Assembly (NCBI GenBank): GCA_041737595.1
Contig: JBGSRK010000010.1
Span: 126,244 to 190,243, forward strand
Origin: Patescibacteria group bacterium
GTDB lineage: Bacteria; Patescibacteriota; CPR2; UBA1875
DNA: 64,000 nucleotides
Direction: 5' to 3'
A model generated the notes under the pieces. That model saw nothing but the letters and a program-made list of their open reading frames with translations, was not told the origin of the DNA and searched no databases. A program made the position numbers and the translations under genes. Positions 41,793 to 51,707 of this stretch are shown here, one piece after another. Position 1 is the first letter of the stretch. Each line of letters opens with the position of its first letter.

Positions 41793-42899
41793 TTAATACC
41801 TCGTTAAACTGCCGACATTTGTCCACCTGCTGCGTCCATAGTCTCTATAACTATTTTTTTCTACACATGTTCCAGAATTTCCCTCTATAGTATAAAGGGT
41901 TGTCCCAACAATTTTCCAAACAATTCCCACATGACCCGTTCCACCGCTTCTTGGAGCATAAACAATATCTCCTGCCTGCGGGACTACAACATCTATATCA
42001 TATTCATATGGCATTGATTTATAAGAAAGAAGTGCACCACAAGTTTTGGGAATATTAGAGCCAGCTTTATTATACACCCAACTGACAAAGGCAGCACACC
42101 AAGGTGCTCCACAGGCGCAACCTGCATATAATTGATATTTACATACTGGGCCATAATTTTGTTGACTGCCAGTACCGCAAACCGGTAAATTTGCCTCTAC
42201 CAGTGCAATATCAACAATCATCCCCTTTACGCCACTTGGACTGCCCGGAGTAGTTGGCGGCGCCACAACAGTTGGCGGCGCGGTTCCCCCTCCTACACCA
42301 GTCGGGACTGGACTCCCAATAAATCCAATAATTCCCGAGACAACAAACCCGACTAAAATTAAAACAAGAATAATCGCGATAACTACTAAAATCGCCCAAC
42401 CAATGGGATTACTAACTAAAAAAGCAATAGCGCCTCCACCCTCTGTTGCAGCTGTAGCTGTTTCTGCCGCTTCAACAGCAACTTCTGTTGCTTCTAGGGC
42501 TGCTTCTGCTGCTTCGGCAGCTTCTGCTATCTCACCAGCCTCACCCCCTAATTCACCAAGCTCACCAGCCTCACCTAACTCTCCTGTTTCTCCTAGTTCA
42601 CCGCCCTCAGCTCCTTCACCGCCCTCAGGTCCTTCATTAGTTTCATTAGATTCAGAATTTTTTTCTTTATCATTTTCGGTTTCATTTTTTTCTTTATCTT
42701 CTTTATCTTCTTTTTTGTCTTCCTTGTTGTCCTCTTTTTCTTTTTTCTCTCTTTCGTTGTCATTGTCCCGATCATCATCATCATCTTCTTCATCATCATC
42801 ATCAAATTCATCATCAAATTCATCATCCTCAAAATCATCTAAATAATCTTTATCTGGGTCAAAGTCTGGATCATAAAAATTTGGGCTAGCCTGTGCCAT
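41793..42899 (-). CDS. CHAP-domain cell-wall hydrolase (VirB1-like role) with long acidic N-terminus
   Basis: PWCAAFVSW (Cys), PQAGDIV, GHVGIV (His), TIEGNS; D/E-rich N-terminus, TM helix, Pro/Thr linker. Confidence 0.85.
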   Translation of the reverse strand: MAQASPNFYDPDFDPDKDYLDDFEDDEFDDEFDDDDEEDDDDDRDNDNEREKKEKEDNKEDKKEDKEDKEKNETENDKEKNSESNETNEGPEGGEGAEGGELGETGELGEAGELGELGGEAGEIAEAAEAAEAALEATEVAVEAAETATAATEGGGAIAFLVSNPIGWAILVVIAIILVLILVGFVVSGIIGFIGSPVPTGVGGGTAPPTVVAPPTTPGSPSGVKGMIVDIALVEANLPVCGTGSQQNYGPVCKYQLYAGCACGAPWCAAFVSWVYNKAGSNIPKTCGALLSYKSMPYEYDIDVVVPQAGDIVYAPRSGGTGHVGIVWKIVGTTLYTIEGNSGTCVEKNSYRDYGRSRWTNVGSLTRY

Positions 42900-44667
42900 T
42901 ATTGCTTTCCTCTAATCTGTTTAATTGTTCAGGGTTTGTTGTAATTAATATATCCTCTGCATAAGACGGAGTTATTTCAATCGCAGCATGATCTTGTCCT
43001 GCAAAAAACAATCCTTCGCCGACTTCACAATTAAGTAAGAAAAATTTTTCTGCTTGAGTTAAGTTAAAAGCCTCTACAACCATGTCAACTGCAGACGGAT
43101 GTTGTTTTAATAAAATACTCATTGATGAATTACTAATAATAGCTTTGCCATAATTAGAACCCAAAAAATCTTCTACATCTTGGACTATAGTTGTTATTCC
43201 TAAATAATACTTTCTTGCTCTTTTTGCCATAGAAAAAAGAAATTGAGCTGAATCTCGATATTTCATTAATATCCAAGCTTCATCAACCGCTAAAATCCTT
43301 TTTTTACGAGAACCTTTTATTCTATTCCAAATAAAGTTTAAAACCATATACATTACCATTGGCCTTAGTTCGTCCTCAAGGTCTCGTATAGAGAAAACAA
43401 TAAATCTATTATCAAGGCTTATATTTGATCTTCTATTAAAAATACCAGCAAAAGTTCCACTAACAAATTTACTTAAAGATGAGTTTAGTGTTTCAGCTCC
43501 TTTTAAGGATGAAAGTATTTTTATTAAATCATCCATAATAGGGGGTTCTAGCCCGTGGGTAGATGGGTCTTTTGTGATACCCCTTGATGCATAACATTGA
43601 ACTAGGGCTTGATCTAGCAGATTATCTTCAACGGGCGATATTTTCCCTCCAGCCATTATTCTTAACAATCCATGTAAAAGAATAATATTTGATCTTAAGC
43701 TATTACCTGCATCTTCTGGATCATCTGGGTCTACCACCGGTAAATCAAATGGGTTAATAACATATTCAGAATTAATATTTAAGTTTAGATATGAACCTCC
43801 CACTGCCTTACAAAGCCGTTCATATTCGTTTTCTGGATCTATTACAAGTACTTCTGTCCCGGTTATCAAATATCTTAAGAGTTCTAGTTTTACCGAATAA
43901 CTTTTCCCAGAGCCAGACTTTGCGAGTATTACAGAATTTGCATTTTCCAAACCAAAACGATCAAAGAATATAAGCCCATTTGTGTGCTTATTTAAGCCAT
44001 AAAGTATCCCATCATTTCTAGACATATTACTTGAAGCAAATGGGAAAAATGTTGAAAGTGCACCAGTATCAAGATTTTTTGAAACCATTAAGTCATCTTT
44101 ACCATAAGGGAAAGAGACATTTAGCCCTTGTTCTTGTTGGAAAATAGCAGGCTTCATCATAATTAAGGACCCACCTAAAAGATTTTCTAGTACCTTTGTT
44201 AATGATTCTAGCTCTTCTTTAGATGAAGCAAAAATTGTGAAGTACAAAGATGCTTTAAATAATTTTGCTTCACCTCTTTGGAGTGAATCTCTAAGATCTT
44301 CTACATCAAAATGAGCCGTTTCTAAAAGAGGATCACGAACCTTACCTTTTACCTGATTCTCATAAACTTGAGATTCGATTTGAGCAGATTTGTTTCTTAA
44401 TTTTTTTAAAGTATCTTGTGTTTCAACAGGATAAATAAACAAAGAAGTATTAAGTGAAAAATCTATATTAACAACAGGTGAAAGCCAATCGGTGTATAGA
44501 ACTCTTGGGTAAGCATAAACAAAAAAAGTTCTTACATAATATGTTCCAAGTTGGATATAACTTGATTCAACCGAAATTGCTGAAGGGGAAATAATATCTA
44601 TTATTGATGTTCCTCCTTCACTTATTATTTTTTGATCATTGTTTTTATTATTATTAAAAATGTTCAT
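42886..44667 (-). CDS. virB4: VirB4-like T4SS ATPase
   Basis: GILYGLN, FDRF..ENANSVILAKSGSGKS, VIDPENEY, INPFDL, AVDEAW, KRARKY. Confidence 0.9.
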   Translation of the reverse strand: MNIFNNNKNNDQKIISEGGTSIIDIISPSAISVESSYIQLGTYYVRTFFVYAYPRVLYTDWLSPVVNIDFSLNTSLFIYPVETQDTLKKLRNKSAQIESQVYENQVKGKVRDPLLETAHFDVEDLRDSLQRGEAKLFKASLYFTIFASSKEELESLTKVLENLLGGSLIMMKPAIFQQEQGLNVSFPYGKDDLMVSKNLDTGALSTFFPFASSNMSRNDGILYGLNKHTNGLIFFDRFGLENANSVILAKSGSGKSYSVKLELLRYLITGTEVLVIDPENEYERLCKAVGGSYLNLNINSEYVINPFDLPVVDPDDPEDAGNSLRSNIILLHGLLRIMAGGKISPVEDNLLDQALVQCYASRGITKDPSTHGLEPPIMDDLIKILSSLKGAETLNSSLSKFVSGTFAGIFNRRSNISLDNRFIVFSIRDLEDELRPMVMYMVLNFIWNRIKGSRKKRILAVDEAWILMKYRDSAQFLFSMAKRARKYYLGITTIVQDVEDFLGSNYGKAIISNSSMSILLKQHPSAVDMVVEAFNLTQAEKFFLLNCEVGEGLFFAGQDHAAIEITPSYAEDILITTNPEQLNRLEESNNGTG

Positions 44668-44670
44668 TTT

Positions 44671-45327
44671 TTATTTTCCTGTAACCATGTCACCGCTTAT
44701 GGAATTTATGGCATTCCCAATCTTAATATTTGTTGCAATATCGGGGTTGTAAAGAATATAAATTAAATCTGCAATTTGTTCAGTATTTAATACTTTTCCC
44801 GTAAGTCCCATAGACGTTACTCCATTAACAATTTGTTCTATTCTGGCCATTAAACCTTTTTTATTTTCCTCAAATTCAGACATGGGGTTTGTTTTTGAAC
44901 CAAAAAACCCACCTTTATTTAAATTAACAGGGTAAAAAGACACAACTATATAAAACTCCTTATCCATAATATTTGCCTGTGTAAGTAACATTTCTATAAA
45001 TGTTTTATATTCTTCTGCCTGGATTTTTATAAAGGGGCTTTGCTCAGCTCCAATTATTGTTTCTAACTTAGTTAAATAATCAGTTAAATCTAATTTTCTT
45101 GAAACAGAAAGTATTTGAATTGGGAATTCTATTGAATTTAAAAAGGATTGGTATGCATAAGAAACAGATTCTTTTTCCGTTTCACTTTTTAAAGATAAAT
45201 TAATCGAAGAAATAGAAACAATAGAACGGAGACTTCCGTCCTTCATAATTATTACACCCTCCTTAATATCCTTTATTGGGACAATATTTTGGCTAGGTGC
45301 AGAAGATTTTTTATTCCCCTGTGACAT
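44671..45327 (-). CDS. T4SS-associated protein (VirB4 N-terminal-like/TraC-like)
   Basis: IKEGVIIMKDGS, INLSLKSETE, SFLNSIEFPIQI, FYIVV; lies between prgI and virB4. Confidence 0.7.
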   Translation of the reverse strand: MSQGNKKSSAPSQNIVPIKDIKEGVIIMKDGSLRSIVSISSINLSLKSETEKESVSYAYQSFLNSIEFPIQILSVSRKLDLTDYLTKLETIIGAEQSPFIKIQAEEYKTFIEMLLTQANIMDKEFYIVVSFYPVNLNKGGFFGSKTNPMSEFEENKKGLMARIEQIVNGVTSMGLTGKVLNTEQIADLIYILYNPDIATNIKIGNAINSISGDMVTGK

Positions 45328-45365
45328 ATAATAAGTTTAACAGATTATCGCACTTGTTTTAATAT

Positions 45366-45959
45366 CTAATTTCTTCGTCTTCTTTTAATTTCAATTTGAG
45401 GATTGTCAAAATTTTGTTTTGGAGATACGCTAGCAAGCTGCGAAAGAAGGGGTTCGGCATCTTTTTTTGAATTAACAGTACTGTTAATTGTACTATCTAA
45501 AAAACTATTTTTTTCCATTATTGGGTCCGGGGCTCCCGGATAATCAAAATTAGATTTATCAGAAACCCTAGCTGCGTTTTTTAATTTCTCCTGTATTTGT
45601 TCTAGACTTTCTCGTTTAACGGCTCGAGGAGTTTCTTCTCTTTTGTTCGGTTCTGTTTGTTCTATTTTTTCAGCCTCTCTTTTCCAAACCATTTTACGAG
45701 GATTAATGTATGAACCAATAGCATCAATAATAATTTTTTCTAGGTGTTGACCGCCATAATCAAAAAAAGCTAATCCAAGTGCTCCTGCAATAATTATCAT
45801 AGAAAAAAGATAAAAGAAAAATCTAATGGGCCCGTATAGTGCAAAATTTAATACAATAATTAGTCCAACCCCAATTAAGATTATAATAAATTGCCTAAGC
45901 GTTAATGGCCCGACAACCTTATCTTCTATATCTATATTTTGTGGGACTTTGTATTCCAT
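45366..45959 (-). CDS. prgI: PrgI family protein (VirB3-like)
   Basis: YKVPQNIDIEDKVVGPLTLRQF, 2 TM helices, PRKMVW. Confidence 0.88.
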   Translation of the reverse strand: MEYKVPQNIDIEDKVVGPLTLRQFIIILIGVGLIIVLNFALYGPIRFFFYLFSMIIIAGALGLAFFDYGGQHLEKIIIDAIGSYINPRKMVWKREAEKIEQTEPNKREETPRAVKRESLEQIQEKLKNAARVSDKSNFDYPGAPDPIMEKNSFLDSTINSTVNSKKDAEPLLSQLASVSPKQNFDNPQIEIKRRRRN

Positions 45960-45971
45960 AATATTAAAATA

Positions 45972-47882
45972 TTATTTAAACTTAGGGTCATTAATTGTGT
46001 CTTGACTAGTACCGGGTCCCATTGAGGCTGCCATTTTAGACCTTGCTTCTCTGCTATCATTTGTAGCACGTTCACTCCAATTGCGCGCATTCTTTGGATC
46101 TGCAAAATAATCTACATAATGGTTTTGAGCTTCTGCGGCCCATTGTTGTTCACCATCCCAATTGCCCGCAGCATCAATAACGTCTGCCATTTTGCCAGAC
46201 ATATTAATAGGGTTAACCTTGTCAATCTCTGCCTTAGCCATTTTGCGGGCATTTCTAATGGTTTTTGCTTGAGCTGCAACTGTTCCACCTTCGCCCTCCA
46301 TTGCAGTTAATTGAGCTTCTGACATATTTATTCTTGCACTTTGATCAGTGTCTTTGGCAATATCAAGTGCATAATCTTTTACCATAGAAGATAGCCCTGC
46401 ACTGTGGCCGTTTTTTAATAACATATTCCTTAAATCGCCATTTTCTGGTCCTTTTAATGCGGCCGGGTTATCTTTGTGAACTAATCTTAATAGTGCTATT
46501 TCTTCATTCTCACTTAAATTACCCTTCCTAAGAAGTTCAACCATTTCCTCATAACCCTTACCTTCATGTATTTCTGAAAATGCACCTTGCTGTTGCTGAT
46601 TAAATCTATTTTGAGCGCTCTTATCTTCTTCTGTCCCAATAAGTTTATCAAGCCCCAATAATCTTCTCCCAAGTGGATTATTTTCATTGGCAAGCATTCT
46701 ACCGGTCTTGGCGCGTCGAAGCGTTCTATTGCGAGCTGCTTTATCTTTCCATCCTTGAGACATCAATCCTAGTCCGGATTTATCAGATGCGTAACCAAGC
46801 GCCGCCCCCTTGGCCACCCCACCTATTTTTGAAAGAACTCCCCCAATTCCAGCCGTAACTGCCCCTCCGTTTTTTATTGGAATAGCAAATGCCATAAAAA
46901 ATGCAACACAAAGCATCAAAGAAGCCATTATAAAGTCATTTATCCCAGAAAATGCCATTATCGCCGAACCAATAAATAAAATAGCCATAATTTGGATTCC
47001 CATAAGACCCCACTTAAAAAATTCAGACCACCACTTTTTGTATAAACTTTCAGTGAAAGGCAAAAGATTTGCAAGAGCCGCTAACGGTGAAATTACAATT
47101 AATAGATAAAGCATAAAAACTCTTACTCCCAGAAGAATCCAAAGCCCAATTGCAGGGAAAAGTATGATTATAGAAACGATTACGGCTAGCACAAGATTAA
47201 TAACTGCCGTCGCAGTCCCAATTCCGGAAGTTGCAGCTACCCCCATATCTCTAAATGGTTTATACCAATCCCCGCCAGGGATAACAACATTATATATATT
47301 ATCCACTAACATGTTTTCTATAGCACTAAAAAAACCAAGCAAGAAATCCGCAATAGCATAACTGAAAAGAGCTAAAAATAGAGTAACGACTAATTTTGGT
47401 ATAATCTTCCCTAGCCCATATTTATCTCTTTGAAGGTTTAAGATATTCATTACGGCAATAATGATTATTGCTACTGAAAGTAGCCCTAATCCCAAATCTC
47501 TAAAATGAGTCCAAACTCGCTCCATGCTTCCACTGTAAGTTGGGCTATAGGTAAGATTATTTCCCCAATCAAGAGCAGTTTTTATTGCAAAAATACAAAA
47601 ACTAGAAACCCCGCCAAGTATCGCCCTACCAATATCGGTAATAAAATTATTAATCAGCCCTGTGATACATAGTGACCATTGCCAAGGGAGAAGACTACCG
47701 CATTCTGGTGGGGTTGTGGTTGGGATTGGGGTGGGTGGAGTATATGTTGGGACGGTGTATGTTGGTGAAGCTCCTCCTCCAGGGCCAACAGAAGCAGCTC
47801 TCAAACTAACAGGAATAAATAAGCTCTGGGACATAAATAGCGCCAGAGTCAAACTGATAATTATTTTTTTAAACACCCTCAT
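45972..47882 (-). CDS. VirB6/TrbL-like polytopic membrane protein
   Basis: Several TM helices; W..FRDLG, IPKLVV, RVFMLYLLIVISPLA..LP....KKWW; G-rich linker and soluble tail. Confidence 0.75.
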   Translation of the reverse strand: MRVFKKIIISLTLALFMSQSLFIPVSLRAASVGPGGGASPTYTVPTYTPPTPIPTTTPPECGSLLPWQWSLCITGLINNFITDIGRAILGGVSSFCIFAIKTALDWGNNLTYSPTYSGSMERVWTHFRDLGLGLLSVAIIIIAVMNILNLQRDKYGLGKIIPKLVVTLFLALFSYAIADFLLGFFSAIENMLVDNIYNVVIPGGDWYKPFRDMGVAATSGIGTATAVINLVLAVIVSIIILFPAIGLWILLGVRVFMLYLLIVISPLAALANLLPFTESLYKKWWSEFFKWGLMGIQIMAILFIGSAIMAFSGINDFIMASLMLCVAFFMAFAIPIKNGGAVTAGIGGVLSKIGGVAKGAALGYASDKSGLGLMSQGWKDKAARNRTLRRAKTGRMLANENNPLGRRLLGLDKLIGTEEDKSAQNRFNQQQQGAFSEIHEGKGYEEMVELLRKGNLSENEEIALLRLVHKDNPAALKGPENGDLRNMLLKNGHSAGLSSMVKDYALDIAKDTDQSARINMSEAQLTAMEGEGGTVAAQAKTIRNARKMAKAEIDKVNPINMSGKMADVIDAAGNWDGEQQWAAEAQNHYVDYFADPKNARNWSERATNDSREARSKMAASMGPGTSQDTINDPKFK

Positions 47883-47916
47883 AACTCTATTATATATTTA
47901 AGTTGTTATTACGCAA

Positions 47917-47950
47917 TAAAAAAAATACCAAATAACTTTAGTATTTTTTT
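47917..47950 (-). terminator. AT-rich hairpin after the pilin array
   Basis: AAAAAAATAC...GTATTTTTTT. Confidence 0.4.
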
Positions 47951-47962
47951 ATTTTTTAAAAT

Positions 47963-48274
47963 TTACGCAGTGGCGATTGTTTTTGCCCAGTTTAAGATAA
48001 CAAGAGCCAAAACAACAACAATTACACCGATGACTGCATTTAAGATAGCTGTTCTTGCTTCAGACGCTTTTCCAGAATCTCCTTGAGCTAAAATATATTT
48101 AACACCTGCATATACTATATATGCAACTGCAATAGCTCCAACAAACCAAAGAATATATTCAAATATTCTTATAATTGTTGCCTTTGGGTCTCCTGCACCA
48201 CTGGCTAGAGTGATGTTTAAGTCACCTGAACTGATTGCAATCTTAGTCCCCATGGCTAATAATTTTTCGTTCAT
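47963..48274 (-). CDS. VirB2/TrbC-like pilin
   Basis: GAIAVAYIVYAGVKYILAQGD..KASEARTAILNAVIG; AGGAGG RBS. Confidence 0.85.
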   Translation of the reverse strand: MNEKLLAMGTKIAISSGDLNITLASGAGDPKATIIRIFEYILWFVGAIAVAYIVYAGVKYILAQGDSGKASEARTAILNAVIGVIVVVLALVILNWAKTIATA

Positions 48275-48325
48275 AATTCCTCCTTCTTAATAAATGATAT
48301 TAATTTTATCTGAATAAGTCAACTT

Positions 48326-48640
48326 TTATATTAATACTTCTCCCCAAAAACTAGATACCCAGTTTATAATTACAGCAGATATGCCGATTAAAACAACTCC
48401 AATTACAGATATTAAAATAATTTTTCTTGCTTCGGCAGCTTTCCCCGCGTCTCCTTCGGCCATAATATATTTAACCCCCCCATATATAATTGAACCAAGC
48501 CCAACCCCAACTAAAATAGGCACTAATAGGTTGTTTAAATATTTAAAAACCAAATCTTGAATACTACTACCTCCATACACGGCCGAACCTGGGAGAGTGA
48601 CTGTAGCAAAATTAGTTATATTTTTTACATATTTTTTCAT
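48326..48640 (-). CDS. VirB2/TrbC-like pilin
   Basis: IIYGGVKYIMAEGD..KAAEARKIILISVIG. Confidence 0.82.
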   Translation of the reverse strand: MKKYVKNITNFATVTLPGSAVYGGSSIQDLVFKYLNNLLVPILVGVGLGSIIYGGVKYIMAEGDAGKAAEARKIILISVIGVVLIGISAVIINWVSSFWGEVLI

Positions 48641-48644
48641 AATA

Positions 48645-48977
48645 TTAACTCGTGATACTTATAAATGTGCTAATAATAAATCCCGACGCAATAATTATTG
48701 AAAGTCCGACAAGAGAGGCGATTATTATTTTTCTCGCTTCAGTAACCTTATTTTGATCACCACCAGACATAAATAATTTGAATATACCCCAGAAAAACAT
48801 TGAGACTGCTATTGCCCCAACAGCTCCAATTGCTATATTTTTTACTATGTTAACAAAAATAATTAAATCACTCGCGGTAGCGGGGTTTGGACCATTTAAC
48901 CAACTAAAAATACCAGCTGCATTTACTGCTTTTGGTGTTATTAAATAATGAATTATTTCTATTAATGCCATATACAT
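48645..48977 (-). CDS. VirB2/TrbC-like pilin
   Basis: GAIAVSMFFWGIFKLFMSGGD..KVTEARKIIIASLVG. Confidence 0.82.
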   Translation of the reverse strand: MYMALIEIIHYLITPKAVNAAGIFSWLNGPNPATASDLIIFVNIVKNIAIGAVGAIAVSMFFWGIFKLFMSGGDQNKVTEARKIIIASLVGLSIIIASGFIISTFISITS

Positions 48978-49324
48978 GATGCCAGGGTATTTATCCCTAA
49001 AAAATTATAGATTAAAAAATAAGAAAATAAAAGCAACCCAAGGCCTGAAAGTACACCATAAATATACTCTTTTGCTTTGTCTATTTTATTTGTGTCACCA
49101 GCAGAAGTCATCCATAGATATCCAGCAAAAATAAGTACAAGAGTAGCAACGGGGATTAAAAGTCCAGATATCCATTGCCAGACACTACAAATCCAACAAT
49201 CATAATCCATAGAACCCGAAATACCACTACGACATGATTCCCAGGGATCTCCCGGCGCAGCGAAAGCAATCTTTGCATAAAGGTTTAATAAGAAAGAGTA
49301 TAATAATATTTTTTTCAATTTCAT
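48962..49324 (-). CDS. VirB2/TrbC-like pilin
   Basis: LIFAGYLWMTSAGD..KIDKAKEYIYGVLSG; signal peptide ending AFA. Confidence 0.82.
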   Translation of the reverse strand: MKLKKILLYSFLLNLYAKIAFAAPGDPWESCRSGISGSMDYDCWICSVWQWISGLLIPVATLVLIFAGYLWMTSAGDTNKIDKAKEYIYGVLSGLGLLLFSYFLIYNFLGINTLASCIWH

Positions 49325-49387
49325 CTCTTTTATAATATATAAGAAAAAATCTTTTCTCAAGTTCTTTTTATCTAGTATAATAAATAC

Positions 49388-49873
49388 ATGACACTTTCAT
49401 GGGACCTATTTGTACTTCTTTTTACCGGAATTATTGTTGTATATTCTATTCTTTTAGGTAGAAATAGAATAGTCGGTATTCTTATAAATATATATATTTC
49501 TCTTGCTGTAACATTAGTTGTTGGTGATGCGGTTTATAATTTAGTTTCTAATTTTACAATTATCTCGAATAGATTTTCCGTAACTGAATTTGCCGTAAAA
49601 ACAATATTCCTAGTAACCGTCACGGCTCTACTTTCAATTAAAAGTGAAATCGCTGGACTTGATAGTGGAGGATCAGTATCAAAAATTCAAGCAGGCATTT
49701 ATGGGTTTTTGACTTCTGGTTTTATTCTTTCTACAATCTTTTCATTTATGGCTGATTCGCAAATAATTGCCCTTGATTCAAATTTTGTAAATTTAATAGT
49801 AAGTTTTTATATGGTACTTGTTGTTGCCCCAATATTATTTATGATTGGAACTGCATTTACTAAAAAGTTCTAA
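49388..49873 (+). CDS. Hypothetical 4-5 TM membrane protein (CvpA-like topology)
   Basis: SWDLF N-terminus; hydrophobic helices; GIYGFLTSG. Confidence 0.6.
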   Translation: MTLSWDLFVLLFTGIIVVYSILLGRNRIVGILINIYISLAVTLVVGDAVYNLVSNFTIISNRFSVTEFAVKTIFLVTVTALLSIKSEIAGLDSGGSVSKIQAGIYGFLTSGFILSTIFSFMADSQIIALDSNFVNLIVSFYMVLVVAPILFMIGTAFTKKF

Positions 49874-49927
49874 AAAATATTTAACTTTAACAATTTTAGT
49901 TTATAAATTATCTTTTATATTATTTAT

Positions 49928-49955
49928 CACTACACTACTACGTAGTAAGACAGTG
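49928..49955. repeat. 28-bp palindromic direct repeat, downstream of TrpR-like gene B
   Basis: CACTACACTACTACGTAGTAAGACAGTG; 23/28 identical to 50395..50422, with a 19-bp exact core. Confidence 0.9.
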
Positions 49956-49975
49956 GTAAAAAAATATTTTAAGAT

Positions 49976-50332
49976 TTAATTAGGAATAATTCTTTTAATA
50001 ACAGCAGGAGAACCTTTATAACCACGAGGAGAATATTTATGAATAGGTTTCTTATTATTTATTGCAATCTTTTTAGAAGTTCTTCTAAAACCAAAACCAA
50101 TTTGATTGGCAACCCTTCCTATGGTGGTTGGGCTTACACGAAGTATATCTTGTATCTCTAAATATGAAGTACCCATATCTAATAATCTGACAATTTCTAA
50201 TCTTTTAGCCATATCATTTATTTCACGAGGTGTTAATATTCTATCAAAAAGTACACGAACTTCTTTGTCGCTATTTGTCTTTGCAATAACTTGAATCAAT
50301 TTATTGATTTCTTTTTCTCTCCAGTAATCCAT
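49976..50332 (-). CDS. TrpR/YerC-YecD-like helix-turn-helix protein B (paralog of 14705..15085)
   Basis: LFDRILTPREINDMAKRL..G.SY..I....VSPTTIGRVA..IGFGFRR..YKG.P. Confidence 0.88.
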   Translation of the reverse strand: MDYWREKEINKLIQVIAKTNSDKEVRVLFDRILTPREINDMAKRLEIVRLLDMGTSYLEIQDILRVSPTTIGRVANQIGFGFRRTSKKIAINNKKPIHKYSPRGYKGSPAVIKRIIPN

Positions 50333-50394
50333 ATTATTTATTATACTTATGTTTTTAAATAATTTAAAGATTATAATAAAATCTACACCTATTT

Positions 50395-50422
50395 TGCTAC
50401 ACTACTACGTAGTAATGTAGTG
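50395..50422. repeat. 28-bp palindromic direct repeat, upstream of TrpR-like gene B
   Basis: TGCTACACTACTACGTAGTAATGTAGTG. Confidence 0.9.
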
Positions 50423-50524
50423 TTAATTACTTGTTGTTGATACTCTAAATCTATAAATTATATATTAATAAAAAATATTAGTAACGATAGCGTTAAAAAT
50501 ATAAAGAATATTAAAATCTTAATC

Positions 50525-50552
50525 AAAAGAGCCCGCTTGGGGGAGCGGACTC
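50525..50552 (-). terminator. Intrinsic terminator after recA
   Basis: Minus strand GAGTCCGCT-CCCCCA-AGCGGGCTC-TTTT. Confidence 0.8.
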
Positions 50553-50567
50553 AAAAACAGGGGAAAG

Positions 50568-51602
50568 CTATTTTGTGGGGAAAAATTTATCTCGGATACT
50601 TTTTTCAATTTCATCAAAAGATTTTGGATTATCACGAAGATATTGTTTAGCGGCTTCTCTCCCTTGGCCAATTTTTTCACCTTTATATTCATACCAAGAG
50701 CCAGCCTTAGAAACTATTTCCTCCCTTACAGCGAGATCTAACACGTCGGCTTGTCTAGAAATTCCTTCATTATACATGATGTCAAATTCAGCCGTTTTAA
50801 ATGGTGGGGCTATTTTATTTTTAACCACCTTAACCTTAATATGATTTCCAATTACATTGTCACCATCTTTAATTTGTTCTGTTCTCCGAATATCCATTCT
50901 GACTGAAGAATAAAATTTAAGGGCGTTTCCACCAGAAGTTGTTTCTGGGTTACCAAACATTACTCCAATTTTCATTCTTATTTGATTAATAAAAATAACA
51001 GTCGTGTTTGATTTAGATATAACTCCAGTTAGTTTTCTTAATGCTTGAGACATGAGTCTTGCTTGAAGCCCCATATGTGAATCACCCATCTCGCCTTCGA
51101 TTTCAGCTCTTGGGACAAGTGCTGCAACAGAATCAACAACCAAGACATCCATTGCATTTGAACGAACCAAAGTTTCTGCAATCTCTAGGGCCTGTTCACC
51201 GTTATCTGGTTGAGAGATAAGTAATTTTTCAATATTTACACCGATATTTTTTGCATATTCCGGATCAAGAGCATGCTCTGCGTCAATAAAAGCAGCGAGC
51301 CCACCTCTTTTTTGAGCTTCAGCAATAATATGATAAGCAAGTGTAGTTTTTCCTGAGGATTCAGGACCATATATTTCAACAATTCTTCCTTTTGGAACTC
51401 CTCCAGCCCCTAGGGCTATATCAAGTGACAGGGAACCGGTTGGTGTAGTTTGTACATTTAATTTTGTTGATTCGCCAAGGCGCATAATTGCACCTCGACC
51501 GAACTGTTTTTCAATTTGGTCAACAGCCATATCAACTGCAGTTATTTTACCGGCTAATTCTTTTTCTTTCGCATCTTTTACGGATTTTTTTTCCTCTGGC
51601 AT
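50568..51602 (-). CDS. recA: Recombinase RecA
   Basis: [54 protein letters not shown]. Confidence 0.99.
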   Translation of the reverse strand: MPEEKKSVKDAKEKELAGKITAVDMAVDQIEKQFGRGAIMRLGESTKLNVQTTPTGSLSLDIALGAGGVPKGRIVEIYGPESSGKTTLAYHIIAEAQKRGGLAAFIDAEHALDPEYAKNIGVNIEKLLISQPDNGEQALEIAETLVRSNAMDVLVVDSVAALVPRAEIEGEMGDSHMGLQARLMSQALRKLTGVISKSNTTVIFINQIRMKIGVMFGNPETTSGGNALKFYSSVRMDIRRTEQIKDGDNVIGNHIKVKVVKNKIAPPFKTAEFDIMYNEGISRQADVLDLAVREEIVSKAGSWYEYKGEKIGQGREAAKQYLRDNPKSFDEIEKSIRDKFFPTK

Positions 51603-51707
51603 CTTTCCCCCTTACGTCCAGCAAATCAATTATTTATTGAATAGCTATTTACGTATTAATTATTTTATAATTACAAAACTTAAAACCTTTTTAATAATAT
51701 TTTAAAC

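Noticed and set aside
42403-42846. Ser/Pro-rich 147-aa ORF and Met-rich 81-aa ORF
   Set aside because: Antisense and alternate-frame shadows of the low-complexity acidic region of the CHAP gene.
41103-49360. Integrated conjugative element
   Set aside because: No integrase, relaxase or att repeats; composition matches the flanking core genes.
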